NCBI RefSeq assembly: GCF_000150275.1
Contig: NW_002060962.1
Location: 1,109,205 to 1,173,204 of the forward strand
Source of the DNA: Trichoplax adhaerens
Lineage: Eukaryota > Animalia > Placozoa
Length of the DNA stretch: 64,000 bases
Direction of reading: 5' to 3'
The notes under the pieces are model-generated. The model ran no database searches. It was not told where the DNA came from and was given only the letters and a program-made list of their open reading frames with translations. The first letter of the stretch is position 1. Every line of letters begins with the position of its first letter. The position numbers were made by a program, and so were the translations under genes. Shown here piece by piece: positions 38,535 to 51,896 of this stretch.

Positions 38535-41500
38535 ATGGCTACTGAGATGGTGCATCAAGGAATTGTTCAGCCACTGCTTACAGATTTATATCAGATCACA
38601 ATGGCATACGCTTACTGGAAATTTAATAAACAAAGTCAGGCTGCAGTCTTTGAATTATTTTTTCGAAATAACCCATTTAAGGGAGGGTATACAATATTTG
38701 CTGGATTGAGTGATTGCATTGAGTTCGTTTCCAATTTTGCATACAGCAAATCAGGTATGGAGCATACAATTACTACTTGTAGAAGCTATCGCTATAGCTT
38801 TTAATAAGACTATGAAAGCAGACAGTTCCTGTTGAAACTCAGATAGTGTAAATGAATTAGAATATTATTACTTATTCTATCTACGTATTGCCAATGGTAT
38901 TGCTAAGAACAATACACTACTCGGACAGAGTTGCTGTAATCTAGTTTATTTTAATTAATCAACAATGTCTAATTCTGATGGTGCAATAATTACTGTAAAT
39001 AAATAATAACATGCTTTAGAAAATAAATTCATCAAATTCTATCAGATATAGACTATGTAAAATCCATACTGCCATCCTCTGTTGAAGAAGAATTCTTTCA
39101 TTTTCTTTCTGGCATACACGGGGACCAGGTTACAATTGCAGCTGTCCCGGAGGGTTCAGTGGTATTTCCCAGAGTGCCTTTGCTAAGAGTTGAAGGTCCT
39201 TTAGCTAGTAAGCAACTTTATCTGTTGTCCTTGATAATATCCTGAAACAAATTTTCGCGAAATAAAATATCGCAACGTCATTTGTGTTAGCTATTATCAA
39301 GAGCATGCAAATTTAGTGATGCAGTGGCTTTATTAGGTAGGAGTGCAATATACAGTACATCATTTAAACTGCTAACTACTGTTTGTCGCTTTAAATGAAT
39401 GGTTGCATGCGTAAAAATCGTAAACTTTCGTAGCTTAGGCATTTTAAACTGCAGTTACTGAGTACCATACTTGTTGCTAATAATGAATATAACTTATTAA
39501 AAAATTGCAATGTTGAGTCGACTACGCCAAATTTATGTGCAGTCATGGAATACATTACCACAGTAGAAGAGGACCGTTTTCTAACGAGTAATTTATTATT
39601 AGTAGCTTTGAATTCATTTATTAATGTTTACCATGACTACAGCATTTATCTTATTGCAAGGGTAGCTGTCCTACTTATGGAAACAACTTTACTTACCCTC
39701 GTGAATTATGCAAGGTAATGCCATCTCTTTTCTTTAATTTAAAAAGTTCTTGATATTAGGCTTCCTAAGAAAGATGAGCTAAAACTAAAAGCATACCATA
39801 TTTCTGACATAGTTACCATTGACTGCTGTATCGTCCACAATCATTGGGCGCCATTTCAATTCTTACTAACTAAATTAAAATGACTATGTATTACAGCAGT
39901 GTAAATTTTAGAATATGTAGGTGTGCTGGAGTTGCAGCTAGTAATATACTGTATACTGTAAGTTACGTTATATTCTTGTATTTGTGACATATCGTACGCG
40001 TTCGCAATTATGATACAGCATAACACAGTAATATAAATAGTCAGTGTTAATCCAGTCCTGGTCCTAGTGGATTTGTGATGTAGTTATTAATTGGGAATAT
40101 AAATAAGTGATGCTGCTAAGAATATAGTAATAAGAATCATAGAGTTACGTACAATAAACAATGGACGGTCTATTTGTTTATACGGAGACAGCCTTGTAAC
40201 TACCAACGCAACGAGGTTTCGCCTAACAGCTGGAAATGATAAACCATTATTCGAATTTGGTTTACGCCGTGCTCAGGGACCGAATGGTGGCTTATCTGCT
40301 TCAAGATACTGCTATATCGGAGGTTGTTGACATTAAATTGAATCATTTGCCAAATAGTGTGATACTGTCATGCTACTGTATATATTGAAACTCTAGTCTA
40401 TTAGTTTGGCAACATAGGCATTGAGTAAAAGACGACAGACATTAGGATAATAGCCTTTGATTAACTGCATATGCTGTATATCACAGATTATATATGCTAT
40501 TTTCTAAATCAAGGTTTCAATGGTACAAGCAATGTTCTGGCCGGAAAACTTTTCTCAATCCCTGTTGTTGGTACTCATTCTCATGCTTTTGTTATGTCCT
40601 TTTCTGGCTTAACGGATCTTTGTAAAACTCATGTGCAATATGCCACTGGTTCCGATAGCAAGTTGTTTGATTTAAAATGTGGCACACAAAAATGGCTTAC
40701 TCAAATATCCCCAATGCTAGACGTTGCGGAGGATGAGATTATCGAAGGTGAATTGGCTGCATTCATTTCTATTGCAATTGCATTTCCTACAAACTTTTTG
40801 GCACTTGTTGATACTTACGACGTAATCAGGTAAAAATATCTAAACCTCGAAGAGGTGTAACCGCAATATTCGTATTGTGCATGGTGTAGTTCACATTTCT
40901 ATATTGAATCTGCTATCAACGGATTGTATTTATTATATTGTATTTATTATATTTATTATTGGATCAAAATAACATATAATTTGATCGCCTTATCGAACTT
41001 AACTGATGTAGAAGTGGCATACCCTGTTTTTGCGCCGTAACACTTGCATTAGACGAGGCTGGATATCGTGCTAAAGGCATTCGATTAGATTCAGGTGACT
41101 TGGCTTATCTTTCAAGACAGAGCAGGTGCCAATTTCAACTGTTAGCCGAAAGGTTAGTAAATTATTGCATTGATTTATCACTTCATACTATTGCTGTAGC
41201 TGTTACTGTCAACAAAATGGACAGTGGCTAGCGATTTTTTAAGCTCTTGATTATCTGATATGAATGGTATATAGGTTAAATAAGCCATGGCTTTCATTAT
41301 TAACCATAGTTGCTAGTAATGATATAAATGTGCGGACCATGAATTCCTTAAACCAGCAGGTCTTAATGACTAAATCTAGCTAATTTCAATAATAATAATA
41401 CAATATTTATGTTAGAGATGAATTATTTTTTTGTTACGGTATTCTTTTAGGGTCACCAGATTAATGCATACGGTATTGGAACTCATCTGGTCACTTGCCA

Positions 41501-42278
41501 AGAACAGCCTGCACTTGGCTGCGTATACAAGGTAGTTTATAAGGATCTTTTTTGTAGGTTATTTATAGTAAATGTATGGTTGAAGTTGATTGCTCGTCTA
41601 AGCATCACAATTTCATCTTGATATGAAGTTAGTCGAATTGGACGGTGTTGCTAAAATGAAGTTGACTCAAGAAAGATCTAAATTGTCCTTGCCTGCGAAA
41701 AAGAAAGTGTATAGATTATTTGGAGAAAATGGTAGTAAAGATAGGATTAATGCTTGCATGATGTAGTTACTTGTTTGATCGGTCATGGGTTAGGATCTCA
41801 TTGATGTGTAGTAGCTTAAACGCCGAATTTTTTATAATCTGAAGGTAGCCCATTGGCGGATCTCTTGCAGAAATATGATGAATCACCCCCACTTGTCGAT
41901 CAGCAAGTACTTTGCTGTCATCCTTTTCAAGAATCAGAGCGTAAATACATCGTTCCATCTAGAGTAGAAGAGATGAACTGTAACTATTGGATAAAAGGAA
42001 AATCATGTAAAGAAATACCCAAATTAGTAGATATTCGAAATTATTGTCAAAATCAAGTTAATAGCCTAAGAAGGGATCATCAATTACTTTCGAATTTGAA
42101 TACGTATAAGGTATCAAACATTTCTTCTTGCATCTTTGTACGTATTTGGACGTATGACATTACTGTAAATCGTTTCTATGTACTGTAGGTTTTTGTTAGC
42201 GATGCCTTGTACCAGACTATGCATAAACTTTGGGTTGGTGATACTACCATGAGGGAGCCTGGTTCTTATCATGAATGA
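38535..42278 (+). CDS. NAPRT: Nicotinate phosphoribosyltransferase
   Basis: Motifs [81 protein letters not shown] and [20 protein letters not shown] across ~11 exons. Stop codon at 42276-42278. Confidence 0.96.
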
Positions 42279-42504
42279 ATGATCACGGCAATAGGATTTC
42301 AATGTCCTGACCCATCAAATTTTAATCATTTTAATTGGATTTGATACGTGCGTGTATGTTATTATAACATTGCTATCGTTTTTACGTATAAAGTACTGTA
42401 TATGGTCTCACCAGGTTTAAATGATGAATGATTTAATTAAAACAATATGCATATAATATGATATCATTTATTTTCTACCTTTACTGATTGCATTAGTAAT
42501 TAAT

Positions 42505-42660
42505 ATACAGTACAGTACTGTATAATTAGTAAATGCTACAGAAGCATTTCATTTATTTAATTTTTAGTCTTCGGAGTTATTTAACATACAGTACAGTTCT
42601 GTATAATTAGTAAATGCTACAGAAGTATTTCATTTATTTAATTTTAGTCTTAGGAGTTAT
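42505..42660. repeat. Two-copy ~81-bp tandem duplication downstream of NAPRT
   Basis: ATACAGTACAGT(A/T)CTGTATAATTAGTAAATGCTACAGAAG…GGAGTTAT occurs at 42505 and 42586. Confidence 0.9.
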
Positions 42661-43139
42661 GGGCCACTTTAGCGTCCAAATACTCTGTATGATATTAAGA
42701 GGAGTAAACTGGCCAAGAATTCGTTATTCCAAAAAAAAAAAATAATATCAAGTAATAATAATATTTATTTATATATTTCAATGAACCAACTACGCTAGAC
42801 TGAAAAATTGTGAGGTCATATTGGAGACATTGAGAATAAGTTGTCGTTTTCTACAGTACTTGGAGAAGACATTATAACCTGTTGGAAGTGTTATCTACTC
42901 AACAGAAAGCTATAAAAATGTGTTTATGCCTCGTTCAAGTGAGTTAGTATTGGTCACCTAAGTGAGCTCACTTAAAAGGTGGACTCTATTTCTGTCGTTT
43001 GTAATTGCAAGCTTCGCTTTGTAGCAAATACGTATCTAGCAAATATGTATCTATCAGCTATCATCTGGTATACGCACGCGTACACCGAGTCTGCTAAGAG
43101 CTAATATTTGCCTGTAATATTGCGGGTCATAAAGTGAAC

Positions 43140-43600
43140 GCTTACTGTAGAGTAATGTACAGTACGGTACTGTCCAGGTCACCATCGATACAGTAGAGAG
43201 AAAAGGCTTTTACAGTACAGTACTGTACAAAATCGTGAAAAAAACGAATTAAAATCATTTATTTCACCAAAATAAATTATACAGGCATGTTTATGAGAGC
43301 TTCTTCTTTCCACACATAATAATTTTGATGAATTTCGTTGTCAAAATATCGCAAAACATTAGTGTTGATTTCTCTGAAACGAAAAGGATCACGCTGTAAA
43401 GTACAGTACAGTACTGTACAGTACTGTATAGTAGTGTACAGTGTACAGTGCACTGTACTGTACACGAATACCTCTGTAGGTGGTACGGTACGGTTGAGAA
43501 CGGTTCAAGGAAGCAGCGGTTGGTGGTTACATACGATGCATTTTTTTTCCATACTGTATCCCTATCATGACCTTACTGTACTCTACTCTACTCTATGGTA
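43140..43600. repeat. TACAG/CTGTA pentamer island with no recognised start codon adjacent
   Basis: Mixed-orientation pentamer runs, densest at 43395-43465. Confidence 0.8.
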
Positions 43601-45495
43601 CTCTGGCACTACGGCATGAAGCATACTACTATGTTTTAATATGGTAGCATCAAAACAGTATACTATACCATTCAACACCTTGAAGCCTTATCATCATTAT
43701 ATCCCATGTGGCAAATTGCCAGTCACTAGCCCCTGTAAAATCTTCCATAGTTGGCAGTCAAAGGTGAAGGCTTTTAACTCTGCCGACTGCTGCCATCTAC
43801 GCGATCATTTACATATTTTAGATATATATTGTATTGCCAGTTGGTGATCTAGATCGCTATCGTCGTTGTAAAATAGAAGGAAGAAAAAGGCAAATCAGAT
43901 CGCCATTTTGTTACGGTGTTGATGATACTGTATTGACTGATTTTAGAACAGTATTGTAGGATAACTGAGTTGAATTCCACTTTAGAAAGCTTAATATCGT
44001 CGTTACAAGCAGTAAACGCGATCCAAAGTGACGGCAAACATGGCCTGTGGTACGCTAAGAACATGGACCATGGCGATCCTCATTTTACAACTGGTATAGT
44101 ATAAATTCATTTCTTATTTTTGAAAGACTTTTGATTGGATATTTTCCATTCTCCTTGCTTCTAATCACAAAATTAATACTAATAAATGGATGATACTCTG
44201 TTATTTTACCATCATCTGGCGATAGAGAATGAATCGTCAATCTGCAAAAAAACTCCACTATACGTTCTACTTCATCAGTGACCTGAATCAATCCGTCGCA
44301 TACGCATTGACGATAGAATCAGTTAATTGAATTTTGTAAATAACTTTCCGCTGCTGGTTTTGAACAAAACTATCTTAATTAATAGAAAGTAAATTGTAGT
44401 GTATGGTAGACAGCAACAAATGCACCACATAGAGCAACATTATAGTGGATAATGATCCATTCTATCGACAGGCTTAGGTATTTATGTTAGAATGAATCTT
44501 TCAAGTTGTAACGACGACAACGCCATGTAAAATAGCACAGTAGCTGCAGGATGAATTCTACATTTGCAATGTTAATCACGATGTACAATATACAGTGGAG
44601 ATAGATAGGATCTTACAAACACTTTAGCATTTTTCCATCGGAAGCAGTAATCGAAGATCCTGTCATGACAAGTATTCGTATTAGTTCCAAATGGGAGTTG
44701 TATATTCAATAATTTCGTTTTCAATCGGTCATAAAATAAATTCCATCGGAGAAACCCTTTTTAAACAAACAATACTCGATTCCAAGCCAGCCGGGCGTAA
44801 TCAAATCAAGTGGCTGACTGTAAATTGATTGCAATCATAGCAGTAATCAAAAATACTATTTCGTCACCAGTGAAAAATAAACTTTGTGCACCAACTGCTG
44901 TTATCACATGGAGTTAAAATATTTCCAACTTCAATTAATGGTGCCTTTCTATCTAAATTATTAATAGAGAGCCGGTTATTTGTCAGAAACCACTTACTGC
45001 AGTTGTGATTACAGTATACTGTACCTTGACAATTTTTATTAATCCGAGGGATCAATCCACTCATTTTATTCTTCCTTTATCATTATCTCTTACTATTTCC
45101 TTCGTACTTATATTGAATGTACAAAACTTAAAGGAAGAGACGCAATAATATTTGTCGTATGCTGAACCTTAATGCACATACTATTTTTTTAAAAAGAAGG
45201 TCGTAACATGATTTCAAGAAATCAATTACTGTAATGTGAAAAAGGCATTGACATTCTATCCTAACCGTAAGCTTATTTCCAATTTGTAAAAGCGCACATT
45301 CGAGGAAAGATCAGATCTGATTTCGGAAATCAATTTAAAATTGCGTGACAATATTATGGCCTTGTTGGCCTTTTCTTTCAAAATATTGCCCAACTGTAAG
45401 CTTATTGCAGGTTTTGCTTTGCGGTTTTTACACGAGTGTTAATGAATTTGCGGTACTAATTTATTAAAACTACGTTGGTTTAGAATTAGTTTAAA

Positions 45496-47882
45496 ATGGC
45501 AGCAAGATTTTACTTTTAACTTTGCTCTATGTTGCACTACTTGCAGTACGGAGCGCCATACAAATCGTAATTCCGTAATATTTATTTTACGCGTATATCG
45601 CCGAACTTCAAATTGAGAAACTTTTCACTATTCCTACACTTTCTCTGCAGATTGTACTGACCGTAGGCGAACATCTTTCCGCATACAGTATTACGATGAA
45701 AGATATAGTCTTTCGTTAATTATAATTATATATACGATTCTGTTCAACTTAAAGCATGAATTTATATGAACGGTAAGTACTTAGCTGTGTTTAGTTATAC
45801 AAAACAACCCACAATCGACATTCACCTATGATTTACGAGCATAACCATTTTCTTAACTTTATTTGGAGAAACGGAAATTTTGCTACATTCTGGTTAGATT
45901 GAACTAATTTTATGGCCGTCCTTATATAATGGCTAAACCTTACTGAAGTGATGCTACTATTTACAATCAATTAATTAAATTGTACTGACTGCAAATAATC
46001 ACTATTGGATAGGAAATACGCAACGAAAGATATATACAATAGCATGAGTTTAAAGCTGTAAATTGATTTCCGATGTACTATTCTGATTGCGACGTTCATC
46101 GTCTTACTACTGTAATTTTCACAGTACTATATCTCGCTAATTTCGTCAAGTGTGCATAATTTAATTTAATTTATTTTGTGCAGTTAGTTAATTTAAAATT
46201 GTTCATTCTTGGTTATTTCACCTTATCTTACCAATAAATAATAGATCGAAAGTCTCATACTGTTTGCAAAGTTGTAAACTTCCTATTATACTTTTACAGC
46301 TAAAAAATGAATGGATGACATTTTGACTTTTATCGTTTTGAACAATTGTGAAATCTTTTTTATCGATATTTACGTAACATTTACTGCTTATTATACTGTA
46401 TATGTCTACTATTACAGAAACTGATTCAAGTTGACGCTTGATTAAATTTTTAGATTTCTCTTCTGGAACGTATAACATTCGACTTTATGGGTGCTGTCTG
46501 GGCTTTAATTATTGGTAACTTTGTGGCTATCCTTATTACCGTCGTCGGTACTTTCGGAGCTTACCAATTCAGACCACGTTATTTGATTATGGTTAGTATT
46601 TTTGACATAGTTGGTATTCTCATAAAATAGTTACGGTATGGTCAACATTCGTAATGTTTGTACGGTAATGTCATTGCTATTTCTTTCATATTTTTCACGT
46701 GTTTCTGTGCCTATATATTAATCCATGTTAAGGAATTCTTTTAGTTGTAACATACACAAATTACAAATTTTTAAGCTTTGCATTCTTACATTAATTATGG
46801 CATTCAGTACATTCATGAATTAATGCTAATGAGCTATTAATTGCCTCGATTAAATTGATAATTGGAGTGTTTTAAAGACTGACTTGGGTGAAAAATTCTT
46901 TATAATATTTTAGTATCTAATTTGGTCCTTCGCGTGGATTGCTTGCAATGTTGCAGTGATGTTAACCTACTTGGAAATCTCCATTTTTAAACAGGTGATT
47001 TCAATTTGCGTGTGCGTTAAATCGTTGCTTTGGAAAGTTGTAATCGCCTAGAATCATATAAATTATTACAAACTATGATTAAAAGGTTTATTGGCAAATA
47101 AAAGGAGATCGCTGACCTTATATGTGACAAAATTAATATCATTGGCTGCTTCTATTTATGATCAATAATGCTTTACTTCCTTTTTTTTAGGGTGGCACTA
47201 TTTTAACAATAAATACGGAAAGCGCAAGTTGGTGGAAAAATAATGGAATTGGCTGCACCGTTGAATATGAGTCGAGCTCTCAGACCGGCTCAACGAGTTC
47301 GGCAATCATTGCGAAAGTAACGGGATGTATCTTAGAATACAAGGTATGGTAATATCTAAACTTATAATAATTCCTTTAAGAATTTTTCATATTTATACTG
47401 ACATTTATAGTGATTACTATTATGTTAATTGAGACTAGAATTCCGAGATCTGATTTGTTTACGTTAAAAGAGTTTTTGTTGGGACTGATAACTTTTATTT
47501 ATTTGTATAATTATAATTAGTATGTTGAGGTCATTCATGCTGGAATCCAATGCTTTTTCTCAGTAAGTTTACTAAGATTACCGTTGACAATTTTATTATT
47601 TGCTCTTGATGAATGCAGCATTAACTGATGAATTAATTATAGGATTCCAGATAGTCATTTTGGCTAATTTTTTGGTCTTTTTTTACTAAAGTTGTTAGGT
47701 ATCATTATTGGTTCTTGGTTAACTCATCGACTGTACAATCCTAAAGCGAGTAAGTCTATTTATTTTGGAACTTCGTTGTTGTCTTTGTGTGCCTAATTAT
47801 TTTGCTAATTCAATTTCTAGTCGATCAATCTGCCAATAGCGCAAGTTACAGATCAACTAATTTTCATTTACAAAATGTGTAA
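45496..47882 (+). CDS. NKAIN: Na+/K+-ATPase beta-subunit interacting protein (NKAIN family); first exon has an apparent 1-nt frameshift
   Basis: Exon 46454-46591 ISLLERITFDFMGAVWALIIGNFVAILITVVGTFGAYQFRPRYLIM matches the NKAIN LERQVFDFLG…QYRPRY motif. Further exons: 46914-46994, 47191-47343 (SWWKNNGIGC…VTGCILEYK), 47521-47562 (YVEVIHAGIQ), 47692-47749 and 47821-47882. Confidence 0.88.
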
Positions 47883-49536
47883 GACAACTTTCATATTCTG
47901 TATTCCAATATATATGACATATTACTGCATAAGTTACTAACTAGTAAAGGATTCTTACACATTATGATTTCACGTGGATTTGTTCATAATAATCCATCTT
48001 TCAGTGCATTTACAGTGATGGCATTATATGTAGTCGTTACCCTTTTAGAAATCTAATAATGCTAACGAAAATTCACTCTTTGCAATATAGAAATTTGTAA
48101 ACAATATCGTACTGCACACCACAAGAACACAATTCAGATTGCACCGCTTGATTATGGCTTTGGATGTCATTAGTTTACGCTAAATATTTTACCGAATCAA
48201 CTCTATATGCACTATCTATCTGTAATCTTTAGCAATACAGTACATAAACTTTATCATTTTTTATTAGCAAGACTTGATTTTAAGCTCCAAATTTTGTCAA
48301 GATAACTTTCTAACCGTGTTAAACGACAGGTGTATGTATATAATCAATTTTTTTATAACGTTTTGCACTATGGGAAAAGTTGCACTCGGATCGATTTTGA
48401 ACATTAAGCAAAATTGTAGACTTAGTACAATAAGCATTACTGATTTGTACGTCTTAGTAAATGGGTATATGAGTGACTTTTATCATAGACGTATGAGTAT
48501 CAATGAAAATTTATGTAGCTGTTTCATTTATTGTATAGTCTAGTGTTATTATCCGTTAGAAAGTATACTTCAATATTGTGTGATAACTATATTAGTCTTC
48601 CAGGCATTGATTTAATATTGTTCATGCTCTCGTTAAAGATTTAGATTAGTAGAGGTCTTCAACCTCGAATAGATCTTTCGATTCTAATTGTAATCCGAGT
48701 TCAATACTCGTATACTCGTACTATATACCGTCAGTTGTATTTATGTTATTTTTAATAATAATAATTATTATCACTAGTATTTTAGATGGGGCGTTTTGTA
48801 AATCAACTATTAGTTTAACACTTACCAATCAAGACTACTTTGCTGCAAGATATTGTAATCCTTTTTCAACAGTACTTGTCAGTATGATATCAGAGAAGAA
48901 TAAAATATTTCGATATCTCTTAATCTAAGAGTATAATAATTTATTTTCGATGTACAAAAGTTATCAGGGACACGTAGATTATACAATACAGTTACATGAA
49001 CAGTCGTTATTTATCAAAACAACAAAAAGTAATTGCTGTCATAATTTGGGTAACGTTGCGGAGATGTCAAAATTCCACTGACATTGGGAGATGAGAATAT
49101 TTCCATCGTCGCAATAAATAACATACAGATGAATGTAATAGGTTACCTTTCTACATATTACTCTGGCATCATTTTGTGGCGAAATATGTAAGTTCATGTA
49201 TTCATCCGACAAAACTTCCGTTAAGATTTTAATATTCCCAAAGTAGATATTCAAAGCTGCGTCGCAAGCTTCACTTTCAACACAGACGGTTGGCAGCCGT
49301 TAGGCGTACATTATCAATAAAATTAATGGGTAAATCCGAAATGCTAGACATTAGGTTTCAGGTTTACACATCGCGGTAGTGTCTTGAAACTTGCGTTTTT
49401 AAACACTGGATAAAAAATTAGGGAATAAGCCAGGATTCAAAGACTAGTATAAATGACAGTGCCGGTTCGTTGAAATGAACAGTAATCACAGTCGTTACGA
49501 AATTTAATTCGTGCATTTACAATAACTAATTTTCAA

Positions 49537-50656
49537 CTAGTTTTCGGTGCTGACACCATATTTTTCTTTCATACGATCAAGCTCTGATCTCTTCTTCTCT
49601 TTATCCATTTTAGTGAAGGCCTTATTAGACTGATAATATAGAACGACCAAGTAACGATTACAAACGTTAAAGCCTGATAAATGTTCACATGCGTTCTTGG
49701 CATCAAAGATGTCTTCATAAACTACGAAAGCGGTACCTTTCGTATCGGCATTCGTTCCTCTAATAAATCAAATATACAGTTCAGTGTAAGATAGCAAAAA
49801 ACTAGATTACTATACCAAGTGTTAGCAATATATTTATGGTAGTACAAGAAGAAATGAGTAACAATTATCTAGCAACAACTAATTACAGTATTATCAATCG
49901 AACAATTGCCAGGCATAAAATTGATCCAATAGAAGTCAAACATGAATTTTAACCAACTAATTCACAAATAAGAACTTTATCTGACACATTGAGCATATAT
50001 ATATATAAAAATGCACGTACTACAGACTATCGTACGTATCGCTGACTCGGTGTGTCGGATAAAATTCCGATCGTATATCCAATATCATTTAGCGTATTTA
50101 GAATATAATACGAGTATACAAACTGCTCACAGTCGGATTTGTCGAATAGCTCCGTATTTGCCAAAAATGTCGTACAATTCTTCGCCAGTAATTTTATACG
50201 GTAAATTTCTGACGTACAGGATTCGATTGACTTCAGGTGGTAGTCGTATCTAATACGTATAAGAAAAACATGGAGTTAAACTTGTTATTTCAAAGTTGTA
50301 GATTAAGTTGGTTGAATGGATGGATCGTTCCATTTTGCTATGGACTAATAGTAGACTGAACTGAATTCTGATGTGCGGAAGTGAGTTATCAATGATGCGA
50401 TATTGAAGATTTGAAGTTTTGACGTTTACGCAGTGTAGTAAAAAGCTGCACGATCATGGCCAACATTGATTGGATTTGATCCAAGAGATCAACTCCGCAA
50501 TTGGGCATGGACAAGCCGTTACTATTTTTCGGTCATTATTCATCATTCCTAACGAACTTTCCAAGTACTTTATGAACTCTAGACTGATTATTCATGAAAG
50601 GAAGATTGTTAATGTAGTAGAATTCAACTTACATTGGAACGCTTTTGCATCGCCAT
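49537..50656 (-). CDS. SF3B6: Splicing factor 3B subunit 6 (p14, RRM)
   Basis: Exons 50656-50633 (MAMQKRSN), 50249-50131 ([39 protein letters not shown]) and 49759-49537 ([42 protein letters not shown]…*). Confidence 0.97.
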
Positions 50657-50729
50657 GATCACACTTGGGAGTTTTTCTGACCACTGACGAGCAACCCTTA
50701 CGCTGATGGCAGTAGTTACCACCACACGA

Positions 50730-51735
50730 CAGCACAGTACTGTACAGTAGAGTGCGATAGTAGTGTATGAAGCACTACCGGGAAGAAAGTGACCGAACTT
50801 TTTCTGCGCGTTTGTCTTGCTCAAAGGTAGTACAGAAACTGAAAACAGAGCTGCTGATTGCATACAGTACAGTAAAAGTCTGGCCAATGCTGTACTATAC
50901 ACTAGTGTACAGTACAGTAGAATGTAAAGGATGCTGCATTAGTAAGTACAGTACTGTGCTGTACAGTACTTTGCGCAGCATCATTACCGTACTGTACAGT
51001 GTAGACTGTAATACTGTACTGTACAGTACTGTGTACTGTACTGTACTTTGTCCGATACTGTACTGGTATGTACAGTGTATACGCATGCGTGGTACTGTAC
51101 AGTACTGTACTGTAAGTCGTGGGAAGACTACTGTACTGTACTGTACTTTGTCTGATACTGTATTGGTATGTACAGTACAGTACAGTACAGTACAGTACAG
51201 TACAGTACAGCACTGTACAGTGTACTGTAGAATGTGTCTCGTTTCCATTCTACAGTACTGTACTGTACTGTACTGTGTGTACCGTACAGTGTACGTGCGT
51301 GCACCTGCAAGGTGAACCAACCTTATTCACCGTAATCATCTGTCAGGGCATACGCATGCGTGGTCGGCAGCCGCAGTAGGAAGATTGACGTAACTCGGAA
51401 AAAGTCTTTAGACAGTAGTACCTAACTTTTATTGCGTTGGTGCAACGTCTTACTCTTTGAATAATCGCATGAAATTGGAGATACAGACTCCTAGAATACA
51501 GTAGTGTATCATTCTTTAAGCTAATTACGCTGAGTATCTGAGTAATCGGGGTTATTACCGTATTGCTGGGCCTACTGTACACTGTACAGTACTGTAGTCT
51601 GTAATCTATAGTACTGAGTACAGTACAGTACTGCGTTGAGAGCGACCAGACTACAGTACTATGCACCGTACAGCACAGTCGTAGTACTGTATGCAGACTG
51701 TACTGTACACTGTACAGTGTACCAGTGTACCTGCA
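50730..51735. repeat. TACAG/CTGTA pentamer island filling the divergent SF3B6-HMGCL intergenic region
   Basis: Includes a perfect (TACAG)8 at 51171-51210 and many inverted runs. Confidence 0.92.
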
Positions 51736-51896
51736 AGGTGAACCACCGTAATCATTTGTCAACATGCAGTAAGTAGTTCCGCTACTGCAGCAGTAGAGGG
51801 ACGTAGGCAAGCAAAACTTGCAGTGCAGAACATTTCCTTTCTTCCTTAATCTTTCACTTGAAAATATTATTATTCATCGGTTGTTGAGATAGCCAA

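Noticed and set aside
41755-41845. C/D-box snoRNA-like motifs in a NAPRT intron (ATGATG…CTGA)
   Set aside because: The C box is imperfect, the CTGA abuts the splice acceptor and no terminal stem is evident.
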